From contig DUMQ01000098.1 in assembly GCA_012839815.1 (NCBI GenBank), forward strand, positions 376 to 64,375: a stretch of 64,000 nucleotides of DNA, in the 5' to 3' direction. The stretch's first letter is position 1. The number at the start of each line of letters is the position of its first letter. Origin of the DNA: Bacillota bacterium. Lineage in GTDB: Bacteria > Bacillota > SHA-98 > Ch115 > JABLXJ01. Position numbers and translations under genes: made by a program. The notes under the pieces are model-generated. The model searched no databases. It was not told where the DNA came from and saw only the letters and a list, made by a program, of their open reading frames with translations. This document shows positions 34,564-43,580 of this stretch, one piece after another.

Positions 34564-35565
34564 ATGGCTGCGCGAGTGCGGATGTTGGTTACCGGCGGGG
34601 CCGGGTATATTGGGAGCCACGTTGTAAAGGAGCTTACGATTGCAGGACACGATGTTGTTGTCTATGATAACCTCTCAAAGGGACATCGCGAGGCGGTCCG
34701 CGGCGGGACGTTCATCCACGGGGATCTTGCTGACAAGGGTCTCCTGAGGGAGACCATGCGCGCCCATGGTGTGGATGTCGTGGTTCACCTCGCGGCGGAC
34801 ACTTCGGTCGCAGAGTCTATGTCGAATCCGGCTGTTTACTACCAGAATAACGTGGTGAACGGCCTGACGCTGCTCGATACCATGCTTGAGTGCGGCGTAA
34901 AGAGGATAGTATTCTCATCGAGCGCGGCTGTATATGGGGAGCCGGAGAAGGTTCCCATTACAGAGGATGCCTCCAAGCGGCCGACAAACGTATACGGCGA
35001 GACCAAGTTGGTGTTTGAGGGCATTTTGGCCGCATACGACCGCGCATACGGTTTAAAATATATCTCACTTAGGTATTTTAACGCGGCTGGAGCCGATGAG
35101 TCAGGCGAGATCGGCGAGGATCACAACCCCGAGACGCAGCTCATCCCCATCGTGCTCCAGACGGCGCTGGGTCAGCGGCCGTATCTCGAAATCTATGGTA
35201 CTGACTACCCCACGAGGGATGGCACGTGCATCCGCGATTATATTCACGTGAGCGACCTGGCCGTGGCGCACATCCTCGCCGCCGAGGCCTTGATGAACGG
35301 CGTGCCGTCCAACGTCTACAACCTGGGGAACGAGTCGGGGCACTCGGTGCGGGAGGTCGTAAGCGTTGCGGAGAAGGTGGTCGGCCACAAGATACCGGTG
35401 AGGGAGGCGGGGCGGCGCCCGGGCGACCCGGCCGTCCTCGTGGCGAGTTCCGAGAAGATCAGGCGGGACCTTGGATGGCGCCCGCGCTACGCAAACCTGG
35501 AGGATATAGTTGCATCCGCCTGGAAGTGGCATAGCCGGCATCCTCGGGGTTACGAAGCAGGGTAG
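34564..35565 (+). CDS. galE: UDP-glucose 4-epimerase GalE
   Basis: MLVTGGAGYIGSHVV (Rossmann GxxGxxG), YGETKLVFE (YxxxK), YFNAAGADESGEIGEDHNPETQLIP: canonical GalE. Start may be the internal GTG 34576 or ATG 34582. Confidence 0.9.
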   Translation: MAARVRMLVTGGAGYIGSHVVKELTIAGHDVVVYDNLSKGHREAVRGGTFIHGDLADKGLLRETMRAHGVDVVVHLAADTSVAESMSNPAVYYQNNVVNGLTLLDTMLECGVKRIVFSSSAAVYGEPEKVPITEDASKRPTNVYGETKLVFEGILAAYDRAYGLKYISLRYFNAAGADESGEIGEDHNPETQLIPIVLQTALGQRPYLEIYGTDYPTRDGTCIRDYIHVSDLAVAHILAAEALMNGVPSNVYNLGNESGHSVREVVSVAEKVVGHKIPVREAGRRPGDPAVLVASSEKIRRDLGWRPRYANLEDIVASAWKWHSRHPRGYEAG

Positions 35566-35651
35566 ATCGAGGCGAGATAGATAGATCGAGATAGATGGAT
35601 CGAGACGGTAGATTGGGACGGTAGATCGAGACGAGATAGATGACGAAATAG

Positions 35652-36593
35652 ATGATGGCAGATGAGGGATTGATGACCCGCCACCCCAGTGTGAGCGTAG
35701 TGATAGCCACCTACAACAGGCGTCATATACTGGAGAAGGTTCTGCGTGCCCTTGCGAACCAAACGTGCCCGAGGGACCGTTATGAGGTGATTGTGGTGGA
35801 TGATGGCTCCACCGACGATACCGGGTCCATGGTATCGTCTATGATGCAGGCGTATCCGAATATAAGGTATGAGCGCATCCCTCACAGTGGGGCCGCCGCG
35901 GCGCGAAACGCAGGGCTGCGTCTCGCCAGGGGCGAGCTCATAATATTTGTCGATAGTGACCTGATAGTGCTCGAAGATTTCATAGAAGCCCACCTGCGGG
36001 AGCACACCGGGCGGGCGGGGTTGATCGTCCATGGTCCCGTGATTCACACGCCAGACCCTGATAATCTGTCAGGGGCGCGCCCGAAGCTCGCAGATATCTC
36101 CCATGCGTTTTTTGCCACGGGGAATGTCTCTGTTTCGAGGGCGGCGCTCTTCGAGGCGGGGCTCTTTGATGAGTCCTTTACGGAATACGGGTGGGAAGAC
36201 CTGGAGCTCGGCCAGCGCCTGAGGAGGCTCGGTCTCAAGGTGCTGCGCTCCAATGGGCCAAGGGGGTACCACATCAAGAAATCGTTCAGCGTAGCGGATC
36301 TCCCGGGGACTCTTGACAGGGAGAGGCAGCGCGGACGCATGGCGCTGGTCTATTATCGTAAGTGGCCGATCTTCAAGGTGCGGATGGAGATACTCCTGAC
36401 GCCGGCATTTTTTGGGCTGGTGAACCTGCTTTGCCTTGGAAATTGGCCCTCACGGCCGGGCACCGTACGTTTTCTGAGGTGGCTCGAAGGGAGAGGACAT
36501 AGGACCATAGTGGCCTTTCTTGTGAAGATCATGATGTACAAGGTTTATGCGGAGGGGATGAAAGAGGGTCTCATGGCTAATCATATAATCTGA
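35652..36593 (+). CDS. Family 2 glycosyltransferase
   Basis: VSVVIATYNRRHILEKVLRAL...EVIVVDDGSTDDT...IFVDSDL (DxD) ...GNVSVSRAALFEAGLFDESF: the GT2 (GT-A) pattern. Confidence 0.85.
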   Translation: MMADEGLMTRHPSVSVVIATYNRRHILEKVLRALANQTCPRDRYEVIVVDDGSTDDTGSMVSSMMQAYPNIRYERIPHSGAAAARNAGLRLARGELIIFVDSDLIVLEDFIEAHLREHTGRAGLIVHGPVIHTPDPDNLSGARPKLADISHAFFATGNVSVSRAALFEAGLFDESFTEYGWEDLELGQRLRRLGLKVLRSNGPRGYHIKKSFSVADLPGTLDRERQRGRMALVYYRKWPIFKVRMEILLTPAFFGLVNLLCLGNWPSRPGTVRFLRWLEGRGHRTIVAFLVKIMMYKVYAEGMKEGLMANHII

Positions 36594-36596
36594 ATC

Positions 36597-37862
36597 ATGA
36601 GCCCAACTCCGGTAAGGCCAATCAGTATAATGTATATTCTCCCCTTTGCGGGCATCGGCGGGACGGAAAGACACGTCTTGGCCCTGGTGCGAAATCTCAA
36701 GCAAAGGCACAGGTTATGCGTCTTGAGCCCACGCGGCCCCGGGGCGGACATGTTCCGGAGCGAGGGCGTGGGGTTCTACGAGATAATGGCCCTCGAATTT
36801 GATAGAAATTTTTTTGCCGCTGTCGCTTCACTGCGCTCGAGGCTGGATCAGGCTATCCGCGAGAGCGGGGTCTCTTTGATTCACGTACATGCAAATATAG
36901 GGCTCGCCTTGCTGTCGAGGCTGATGACGAGGCGCCATCGCCCGGCGGGGCATCGTCTCCCCCTGGTATTCACGGCGCATGGTGCTCATGAAGCGTCCGC
37001 GACCTTGGAATACTATATCGACTGCCGGCTAGCCAATCGCGTTGCCGATGCGGTGATCTGCGTGTCGGGTGCCGAGGCGGCTAGATTTCGGGACCTGGGG
37101 ATCATACCATCCAAGCTTCATTTGATTTATAACGGGATCGACGAGCCGCGATGGAACCTGAGCGCGGGCCAGCTCCGGTCTAGATACGGGATTGCCCGGG
37201 AGGCCGTGGTGATCGGGACGGTGGCCAGGCTCGAGAGAGTGAAGGGCGTTGACCTGCTCTTGCGCGCCTTTGCGGAGGCAGCCGGGGATACCGTGTATGG
37301 GCATAGGAATATTGTTCTCGCCATTATAGGATCTGGAAGCGAGGAATGCGAGCTCAGGGCCCTTGCCAGGGCCCTTGGCGTGGCTGACAGGGTTCTATTC
37401 ATGGGGATGATCCCCGAGGCGTCCGCTTGCCTTCCCATGTTTGATATTTTTGTTGTTCCTTCGCGTCACGAAGCTTTCCCGCTTGCCTGCCTCGAGGCGA
37501 TGGCGGCAGGTAAGGCCGTTATCGCGACGCGAGTCGGTGGCATCCCCGAGGCCGTCGTTGACGGGGAGACGGGGATCCTGGTTGAGAGTGAGGATGTACC
37601 GGGCCTTGCGCGCGCCCTGAGGGGGCTCGTGGCGGACCCGGATAGGCGGCGTGCCCTGGGGGCGGCAGGGCGCGCGAGGTACGAGAAGATGTTCAGGGGC
37701 AGCGACATGGCCGCCAGGACTGAGGGGGTATACTTCCACGTTCTCGCGGGAAGGGACAGCGGTAAGGGGGAGCCTGCCGGGGAAAGGTCGGGGAAGGATC
37801 CGGGAGACCGGAAGATCGAGTTACCGGGAGAACCGGAGATCGGAAGATATGTGACTACGTGA
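36597..37862 (+). CDS. Family 4 glycosyltransferase (GT-B, GT1 superfamily)
   Basis: C-terminal EAFPLACLEAMAAGKAVIATRVGGIPEAVVDGETGILVE is the GT4 E-x7-E signature region. N-terminal Rossmann-like half. Confidence 0.85.
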   Translation: MSPTPVRPISIMYILPFAGIGGTERHVLALVRNLKQRHRLCVLSPRGPGADMFRSEGVGFYEIMALEFDRNFFAAVASLRSRLDQAIRESGVSLIHVHANIGLALLSRLMTRRHRPAGHRLPLVFTAHGAHEASATLEYYIDCRLANRVADAVICVSGAEAARFRDLGIIPSKLHLIYNGIDEPRWNLSAGQLRSRYGIAREAVVIGTVARLERVKGVDLLLRAFAEAAGDTVYGHRNIVLAIIGSGSEECELRALARALGVADRVLFMGMIPEASACLPMFDIFVVPSRHEAFPLACLEAMAAGKAVIATRVGGIPEAVVDGETGILVESEDVPGLARALRGLVADPDRRRALGAAGRARYEKMFRGSDMAARTEGVYFHVLAGRDSGKGEPAGERSGKDPGDRKIELPGEPEIGRYVTT

Positions 37863-37877
37863 GGGTATGGGAGCAGT

Positions 37878-39308
37878 ATGAAAGCGGGAAATCCGGGAGG
37901 GAATTTGGAGGCGGGGTTTACATGGGCTGGCCTCGCAGGGTGGTTCTTGATGTTTGCCGGCATTCCACTTGGGAATGTCGTGCCCGGGCTGGTCTTTCTC
38001 CTTGTGGACGGGGTCATAAGGGCGTTCAAGGCGCGTGGCCATGCCCGGGAGGACCGCAGGCACGCCGGGGAGAAGCGCACGGCCGGGACTGGCACCAGAG
38101 CTGGGACGAGAGACTGCGCCAGGATGCTGGCGACCGCGATCTGGGCCTTCGGCGGCCTGGGGTTGGTGAGCGTGCTCTGGTCCCTCAACAAGGCAGGAAC
38201 GGCCGGCTACTCTGTGACGCTCTTTCTTGTCATACTCCTGAGTTGTTTTGGCGCCAGAAGACTCATACAGAATGAGAGGCTTCTCTTGGGTTTCTTTTTT
38301 CCAGTGCTCGTGGCTGGCACCTTTGTGACATCGATTTATGCTCTCGTGGATTATTTCATGAAGGGAGGCGGCAGGGCGGATACCCTGGGGACCCAATGTA
38401 ACGGCCTTGGGACCGTCCTTATCCTGTCAGTCGCCCTATCCCTCGGATATATAGATCGAGTTCGCGGCAGGTGGCTGCTGGCCAGAGTTCCGCTGGTAGC
38501 CGTATCTGTTGCGGCCCTTCTGGCGAGCATGTCCAGGGGCGCATGGGTAGGTTTTACAGTCATGGGGTTTATATATGCCACCAGGACCCGGCGGGCGCTG
38601 GCCTGGGTCCTGGTGATCGCCTTCCTCACGGTGGCAGTGATTTACGCCACCCCGCCGCTCAAGGCGAGATTCCTCACGATATGGGATATGAGCTTCAATG
38701 GGGCCAACCATGACCGGCTCGAGCTCTGGACCGTGACCCTGAAGATGATCGAAAGACACCCCTTGCTCGGCGTCGGGGTCGGGGCTTATAGGGGCGTTTA
38801 CCCGGCTTTCAAGGGGCTCGTTGGGGGGCAGGAGGATCTTGCATCCGCCCACAACATCTTCCTCCAGGTGCTGGCCGAGTCGGGCATATTAGGTCTCATC
38901 CTTTTCATTTATGTCTTATACCTCCTGGGGCGTGCAGGCGTGGCGCTGCTCAGGACGGGCGACCTCCTATTTCGGGGGCTCTTCGCGGCCCTCGCTGGTA
39001 CCCTTGTACATCAGCTTGTCGATACCACTGTATATTGGGCCGACATCGGCGGGGGATTTTGGCTTGTCGTAGGCCTCATTTTAAGTTACTATGAATCGAG
39101 TTGCCGTGGCATGCCGCAGAAGGAGGGCACCGGCCTCCAACCTCCTGCGCCCACTCCGGGCCGCAAGCGCGAGAAGGGGCTTTACCGGGGTGAGGTCTAC
39201 CAGGACCACCGGGGCCAGGTCTATGGCCGGGATAAGGGCCGGGGTCAGAGCCAGGGCGAGACTGGAGCCGAGGCGCGAGTATCGCTCTCTGTGGTTATAA
39301 CGACCTAA
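37878..39308 (+). CDS. waaL: O-antigen ligase family protein (WaaL/Wzy_C) with an atypical ~70-aa low-complexity C-terminal tail
   Basis: About 10 TM helices and a Wzy_C-like loop (TIWDMSFNGANHDRLELWTVTLKMIERHPLLGVGVGAYRGVY...AHNIFLQVLAESGILG). The tail GRKREKGLYRGEVYQDHRGQ...ARVSLSVVITT reads through into what looks like the start of a GT2 gene. Confidence 0.8.
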   Translation: MKAGNPGGNLEAGFTWAGLAGWFLMFAGIPLGNVVPGLVFLLVDGVIRAFKARGHAREDRRHAGEKRTAGTGTRAGTRDCARMLATAIWAFGGLGLVSVLWSLNKAGTAGYSVTLFLVILLSCFGARRLIQNERLLLGFFFPVLVAGTFVTSIYALVDYFMKGGGRADTLGTQCNGLGTVLILSVALSLGYIDRVRGRWLLARVPLVAVSVAALLASMSRGAWVGFTVMGFIYATRTRRALAWVLVIAFLTVAVIYATPPLKARFLTIWDMSFNGANHDRLELWTVTLKMIERHPLLGVGVGAYRGVYPAFKGLVGGQEDLASAHNIFLQVLAESGILGLILFIYVLYLLGRAGVALLRTGDLLFRGLFAALAGTLVHQLVDTTVYWADIGGGFWLVVGLILSYYESSCRGMPQKEGTGLQPPAPTPGRKREKGLYRGEVYQDHRGQVYGRDKGRGQSQGETGAEARVSLSVVITT

Positions 39309-39958
39309 TGGTAAGCTTCCTTTGCGCGCACCCCGATGTCAGCGGGGTAGCCGGCAAGTTGCTAAACCCTGATCTTTCGCTCCAGAAGATCAGGACCTCC
39401 ATCATCGGCCTTTGGCCGAGGAACTATAATCGCGTTTTCCCGGTCAAGTTCGTGGGGAGCGGATTTCATATGGCCAGGGCATCGGCCTTCAAGGATGTTG
39501 GCCTCTTTGATGAGAACTATTATTTCTACAATGAGGATCTCGACTGGATCGAGCGCGCCAATCGGAGGGGCCACAAGTTCATGTTCTTGCCAGGCGCTCG
39601 CGTGATCCACTATTCGGGTCAGGGTTCGAGGCAAAACTGGCCCGCTATCGAGCGCGAGCTTTACAGGAGCAATATTTATTATTATCGCAAGTTCTACGGC
39701 CCTATCATAACCTTCCTGGCGCTCACTTGCATGAAGATGGAGATATGGATGAAGGTCCGGAGCCTGCGGGCGAAGCTGGTGAGGGCTCAGAGGTCTCAAG
39801 CGCCAGCGGCCTCTGGGCCAGGGGGTGCCAGGCGAGGGAGCGAAGTGGAGGATATCAAGCTCGCTATCGAGAATCTGAGACGCGCGTATGATGCCATGAT
39901 TTACGAATATAACCACGGCAGGTTCCTTGAAACCGTTGACGTGAGACGTGGTATGTGA
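39308..39958 (+). pseudogene. C-terminal ~215-aa fragment of a GT2 glycosyltransferase (N-terminal catalytic region missing; probable deletion scar)
   Basis: ORF begins FLCAHPDVSGVAGKLL... (a degenerate FLDADD-like region) and continues with the GT2 C-terminal half (GGFHMARASAFKDVGLFDENYYFYNEDLDWIERANRRGHKFMFLPGARVIHYSG). The expected N-terminus (VSLSVVITT-) is found instead at the end of the waaL ORF in another frame. Confidence 0.6.
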
Positions 39959-40042
39959 TACCATGTTTGGCAGGGTAGCAGGATGTCCGCAAGTTATAAG
40001 GGGGCTTGAGAAGCTATGACTTCTTCGTGCAGCGCTGGTATG

Positions 40043-41224
40043 AGGCGTCTCTTTACATCCGAATCCGTCACGGAGGGTCATCCTGATAAAATTTGTGACC
40101 AGATCTCTGATGCGGTGCTGGATGCGATTCTGGCTCAAGATCCGCAAGGCAGGGTGGCGTGCGAGACAGCTGTAACAACTGGCCTTGTGGTCGTGCTTGG
40201 AGAGATTTCAACAGAATGTTACGTGGATATCCCGAGGATTGCCAGGGAAACGATAAGGGAGATAGGATATACCAGGGCCAAATATGGCTTTGACTGTGAC
40301 ACATGCGCCGTGATAACCTCCATCGATGAACAATCGCCGGATATCGCCATGGGGGTAAACGAGTCCCTTGAGGTCCGGCAGGTCAAGGCCTCGGGGACCA
40401 TAAACGGCTTCGAGAAGCTCGGCGCCGGGGACCAGGGTATGATGTATGGTTTCGCAACGAGAGAGACGCCCGAGCTCATGCCCCTTCCTATAACCCTTGC
40501 GCACAAGCTAGCGAAAAGGCTTGCCTATGTGCGAAAGAATCATATTATCCCATACTTGAGGCCCGACGGGAAGACTCAGGTCACCATCGAATATGAAGGA
40601 GATAAACCCCTGCGGGCCGACTCGGTGGTTGTTTCGAGCCAGCATGACCCGAATGTCGATTATGAGACCCTTAGAAATGACATTATTGAGATGGTAGTGA
40701 GAGAGGTTGTACCGCGCGAGTATATAGATGAGAACACCCGTTTTTATGTGAATCCGACAGGACGGTTTGTGGTTGGGGGCCCTCAGGGAGACTCGGGCCT
40801 CACCGGGAGGAAGATTATCGTAGATACATACGGTGGGAGCGCGCGCCACGGCGGCGGTGCGTTCTCAGGTAAAGATCCGACAAAGGTCGACAGGTCGGGG
40901 TCGTATGCGGCGCGCTATGTCGCGAAGAACATCGTGGCCGCGGGCCTTGCAGACAAGTGCGAGGTTCAAATCGCCTACGTTATAGGGGTTGCGAGGCCGG
41001 TATCGATCTCTATCGATACGTTCGGGACGGGTAAGATACCCGACGGGGAGATTTCCAGCCTCGTCAAGAAGCACTTTGACCTGAGGCCTGCCGCGATCAT
41101 CGAGACCTTGAACCTCAGGAGGCCTATTTACAAGCAGGTTGCGGCATATGGACATTTCGGAAGGCCAGACCTTGACCTCCCCTGGGAGAGAACGGACATG
41201 GTCGACATCTTGAGACGAGCCTGA
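40043..41224 (+). CDS. metK: S-adenosylmethionine synthetase MetK
   Basis: [39 protein letters not shown] and [34 protein letters not shown] are highly conserved MetK motifs. Confidence 0.95.
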   Translation, partial: RRLFTSESVTEGHPDKICDQISDAVLDAILAQDPQGRVACETAVTTGLVVVLGEISTECYVDIPRIARETIREIGYTRAKYGFDCDTCAVITSIDEQSPDIAMGVNESLEVRQVKASGTINGFEKLGAGDQGMMYGFATRETPELMPLPITLAHKLAKRLAYVRKNHIIPYLRPDGKTQVTIEYEGDKPLRADSVVVSSQHDPNVDYETLRNDIIEMVVREVVPREYIDENTRFYVNPTGRFVVGGPQGDSGLTGRKIIVDTYGGSARHGGGAFSGKDPTKVDRSGSYAARYVAKNIVAAGLADKCEVQIAYVIGVARPVSISIDTFGTGKIPDGEISSLVKKHFDLRPAAIIETLNLRRPIYKQVAAYGHFGRPDLDLPWERTDMVDILRRA

Positions 41225-41375
41225 GAGCCTGAGGCTCGAAAGCCCGGAATGACAGGAAGAAGAGGGATGAGCAGCTTTTTAACATGCAAGGGGCATAATA
41301 ACTAGAGGAATTTGCGAATCCATGTAGAAAAGTAGTAGTTGGTTGTGCGAGCGTCAGGGGAGGAGGACTTAGCAG

Positions 41376-42566
41376 GTGATTAATGTAGCAATCGTGGGCT
41401 GCGGCAATTGGGGTAAGAATTATGTTCGTAATTTCAGGGAAATCCCGGACGCCAGGTTGCTCGTGTGTTGTGATAAGGATGAGGCAAGGCTCAAGGCTAT
41501 TAAGGAACGTTACCCGTTCGTTCGGGTTACCAGGAATTTTAACGAGGTGGCAAACAACCCCAAGGTCGATGCCGTCGTGATTGCTACTCCGCCGGTGACC
41601 CACTATCCTATCGCGAGGACCTGCCTTTTGCGAGGAAAGCATGTTCTAATCGAGAAGCCTTTTACTGTGTCGACTGAGGAGGCCGACCAGCTCGTGAATC
41701 TGGCCGAAAAGGGCAAACGGGTCCTCATGGTGGGGCATATCCTGGATTATCATCCTGCCTTGAGGCAACTGAAGGAATATATCCAGTCCGGTGAATTGGG
41801 GAGGATTTATTACATCTACGCCAACAGGACAAGCCTCGGGATCGTGCGCGATGATGTGAGCGTGATGTGGGACAAGGCGCCGCATGATATTGCCAGTTTG
41901 CTCTATCTACTGGATGATGAGCCTGTATATGTTGCGGCCAAGGGTCAGGCGTTCATCAACTCAGGTATCGAGGATGTGATCTTCATGACCCTCAAGTTCC
42001 GGAACGACATCATCGCCAATATCCACGTGAGCTGGCTCGATCCATGCAAGGTGAGCAAGACGACCATAATAGGCGAGAAGAAGATGGTTGTCTTCGATGA
42101 CGCCGAGGCCCTTGAGAAGATCAGGATATACAATAAGGGTGTAAACAGGAAAAACGGGAATGGGAACGGGAATGGAAATGAAAACGGGCTTGCCGGCGCG
42201 GTTAACGGGAACTACAGTAATGGTAACGGCGTGCACCCCGACGGTTTGAATGGCTTCCCCGAATTCCAATATACTTACAGTTACGGCGACGTTTATATCC
42301 CCAAGATCAAGATGAGCGAACCTTTAAAGAACCAGTGCCTGCACTTCCTGGAGTGCATAAGGGAACAGAAGAGGCCGATGACGGATGGAATCAATGGCCT
42401 AACGGTGGTTAAGGTCCTCGAGAGGGCGGAGGATTCGCTAAGGTCGAACGGTGAGTATGTAGCCATCGAGGGGACGGGCTACGGCCTCCATTCTATGCAG
42501 AAAGCCAGCTTCGTGGCGCGGGCCAGGTCCCTATGGAGGGGCTTCAGGCTCGAGAAGATATTCTAG
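41376..42566 (+). CDS. Gfo/Idh/MocA family NAD(P)-dependent oxidoreductase
   Basis: VAIVGCGNWGKNYVRNF Rossmann N-terminus; EKPFTVSTEEADQLVNLAEKGKRVLMVGH. GTG start with GGGGAGGAGGA RBS. In-frame Asn/Gly repeat insert (NRKNGNGNGNGNENGLAGAVNGNYSNGNG). Confidence 0.85.
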   Translation: MINVAIVGCGNWGKNYVRNFREIPDARLLVCCDKDEARLKAIKERYPFVRVTRNFNEVANNPKVDAVVIATPPVTHYPIARTCLLRGKHVLIEKPFTVSTEEADQLVNLAEKGKRVLMVGHILDYHPALRQLKEYIQSGELGRIYYIYANRTSLGIVRDDVSVMWDKAPHDIASLLYLLDDEPVYVAAKGQAFINSGIEDVIFMTLKFRNDIIANIHVSWLDPCKVSKTTIIGEKKMVVFDDAEALEKIRIYNKGVNRKNGNGNGNGNENGLAGAVNGNYSNGNGVHPDGLNGFPEFQYTYSYGDVYIPKIKMSEPLKNQCLHFLECIREQKRPMTDGINGLTVVKVLERAEDSLRSNGEYVAIEGTGYGLHSMQKASFVARARSLWRGFRLEKIF

Positions 42567-42609
42567 CGAGGGTGGATATATCCGGTCCGCTTGAGCGGGA
42601 GCGAGGATC

Positions 42610-42813
42610 ATGGAGCGTATCAGGGTTCTGATTGTCGACGACCATGAGCTTTTACGCGAGATGATCCGCGGCATCGTCGAGAAGGAGGCGGATATGGTTG
42701 TCGCGGGCCAGGCTTCGACGTGACGAGCATCCTGCATAAGCTTCGCGCGGATCGGCACGCAGGTGGTGATATTTACGGCGCGGGTGCGATCTAGCGCCGA
42801 CATCTTCCGCTAA
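42610..42813 (+). pseudogene. Remnant of a NarL/LuxR-type response regulator (receiver-domain N-terminus, premature stop, frame change)
   Basis: MERIRVLIVDDHELLREMIRGIVEKEADMVVAGQAST* (42610-42723). A receiver-like ...VVIFTARVRSSADIFR* segment follows in another frame. No HTH output domain is present. Confidence 0.5.
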
Positions 42814-42937
42814 TGGTATAAGACGGCACTATTTATGAGAAATAAGCCTTTAGGCCTATAGGATTATCTCTGAGGTAGTGATAAAATCAATATATAAGTA
42901 TGCTTTGTTCTCCCGATAATGGCAAACTCTCCGAAAG

Positions 42938-43210
42938 GTGAGGACGCAAAGCTACGGGTCTAAGGTCGGGTATGGCTTATATCTGACTATGATCGCCGGG
43001 TTGCCGAAGAGACGGAGATTGTTAAAGCCTGCCCGTTTCCGTGGCAACGTGGAACGTGCAGGTTTTTATTTTGGGACAGGGAGGAGATGGATCACCATCT
43101 TGCAAATTCTGCAGGCGATGCGCCCATTTAAACTCGGCCTGTTTGCTAGAGGCGCTTATTATGCTGTAGAGTTGCCCTGCATCCCATACGCGGATTTAAT
43201 GATAGGTTGA
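42938..43210 (+). CDS. Hypothetical small basic protein (90 aa) in a low-GC island; coding status uncertain
   Basis: ORF lies in an AT-richer region and is followed by a strong terminator at 43274-43303. No recognisable domain. Confidence 0.25.
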   Translation: MRTQSYGSKVGYGLYLTMIAGLPKRRRLLKPARFRGNVERAGFYFGTGRRWITILQILQAMRPFKLGLFARGAYYAVELPCIPYADLMIG

Positions 43211-43273
43211 GGCTTATATAAATTTTATAATTATAAAGAATTTCCCCCCAACACCCAAATCTTCCCCCTTCTA

Positions 43274-43303
43274 GGCATGGCTGTGCTGGCCATGCCCTTT
43301 TTA
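43274..43303 (+). terminator. Rho-independent terminator (GGCATGGC-tgtgctg-GCCATGCC + CTTTTT)
   Basis: 8-bp perfect stem, 6-7 nt loop, followed by a T-run. Confidence 0.7.
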
Positions 43304-43580
43304 GTGCGCCCTTTCGGGTAACAGGTTCAGCAGGCTGCCATGCTTTTGCCTTTTGCACCGCCTCTTCATGATTGCACCGCCCTCTTCATGAGACGCGGAG
43401 CCGCGTGGCCATGTATCTTATAGGGTCTGAGAGATGGGAGCCCCCGGCTGCTAGCTGGGCCACCGGTGAAAATTATGAGATTCCAGGCATTATAAAGCAG
43501 GACTTGCCGGTTCGGCATTGAATTCATCTTAGGGGCCAGGTTGTCAAATTAAAACAAACATGGAAGCGAGGACAAAATAG

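Noticed and set aside
42830-43310. tmRNA, RNase P RNA or SRP RNA in the low-GC island
   Set aside because: The hallmark conserved blocks are absent on either strand: GGAAAGTCCGG / AGGGTGAAA for RNase P, GGGGCUGAUUCUGGAUUCGAC and CCA-tail tRNA-like end for tmRNA, and the SRP domain IV motif.
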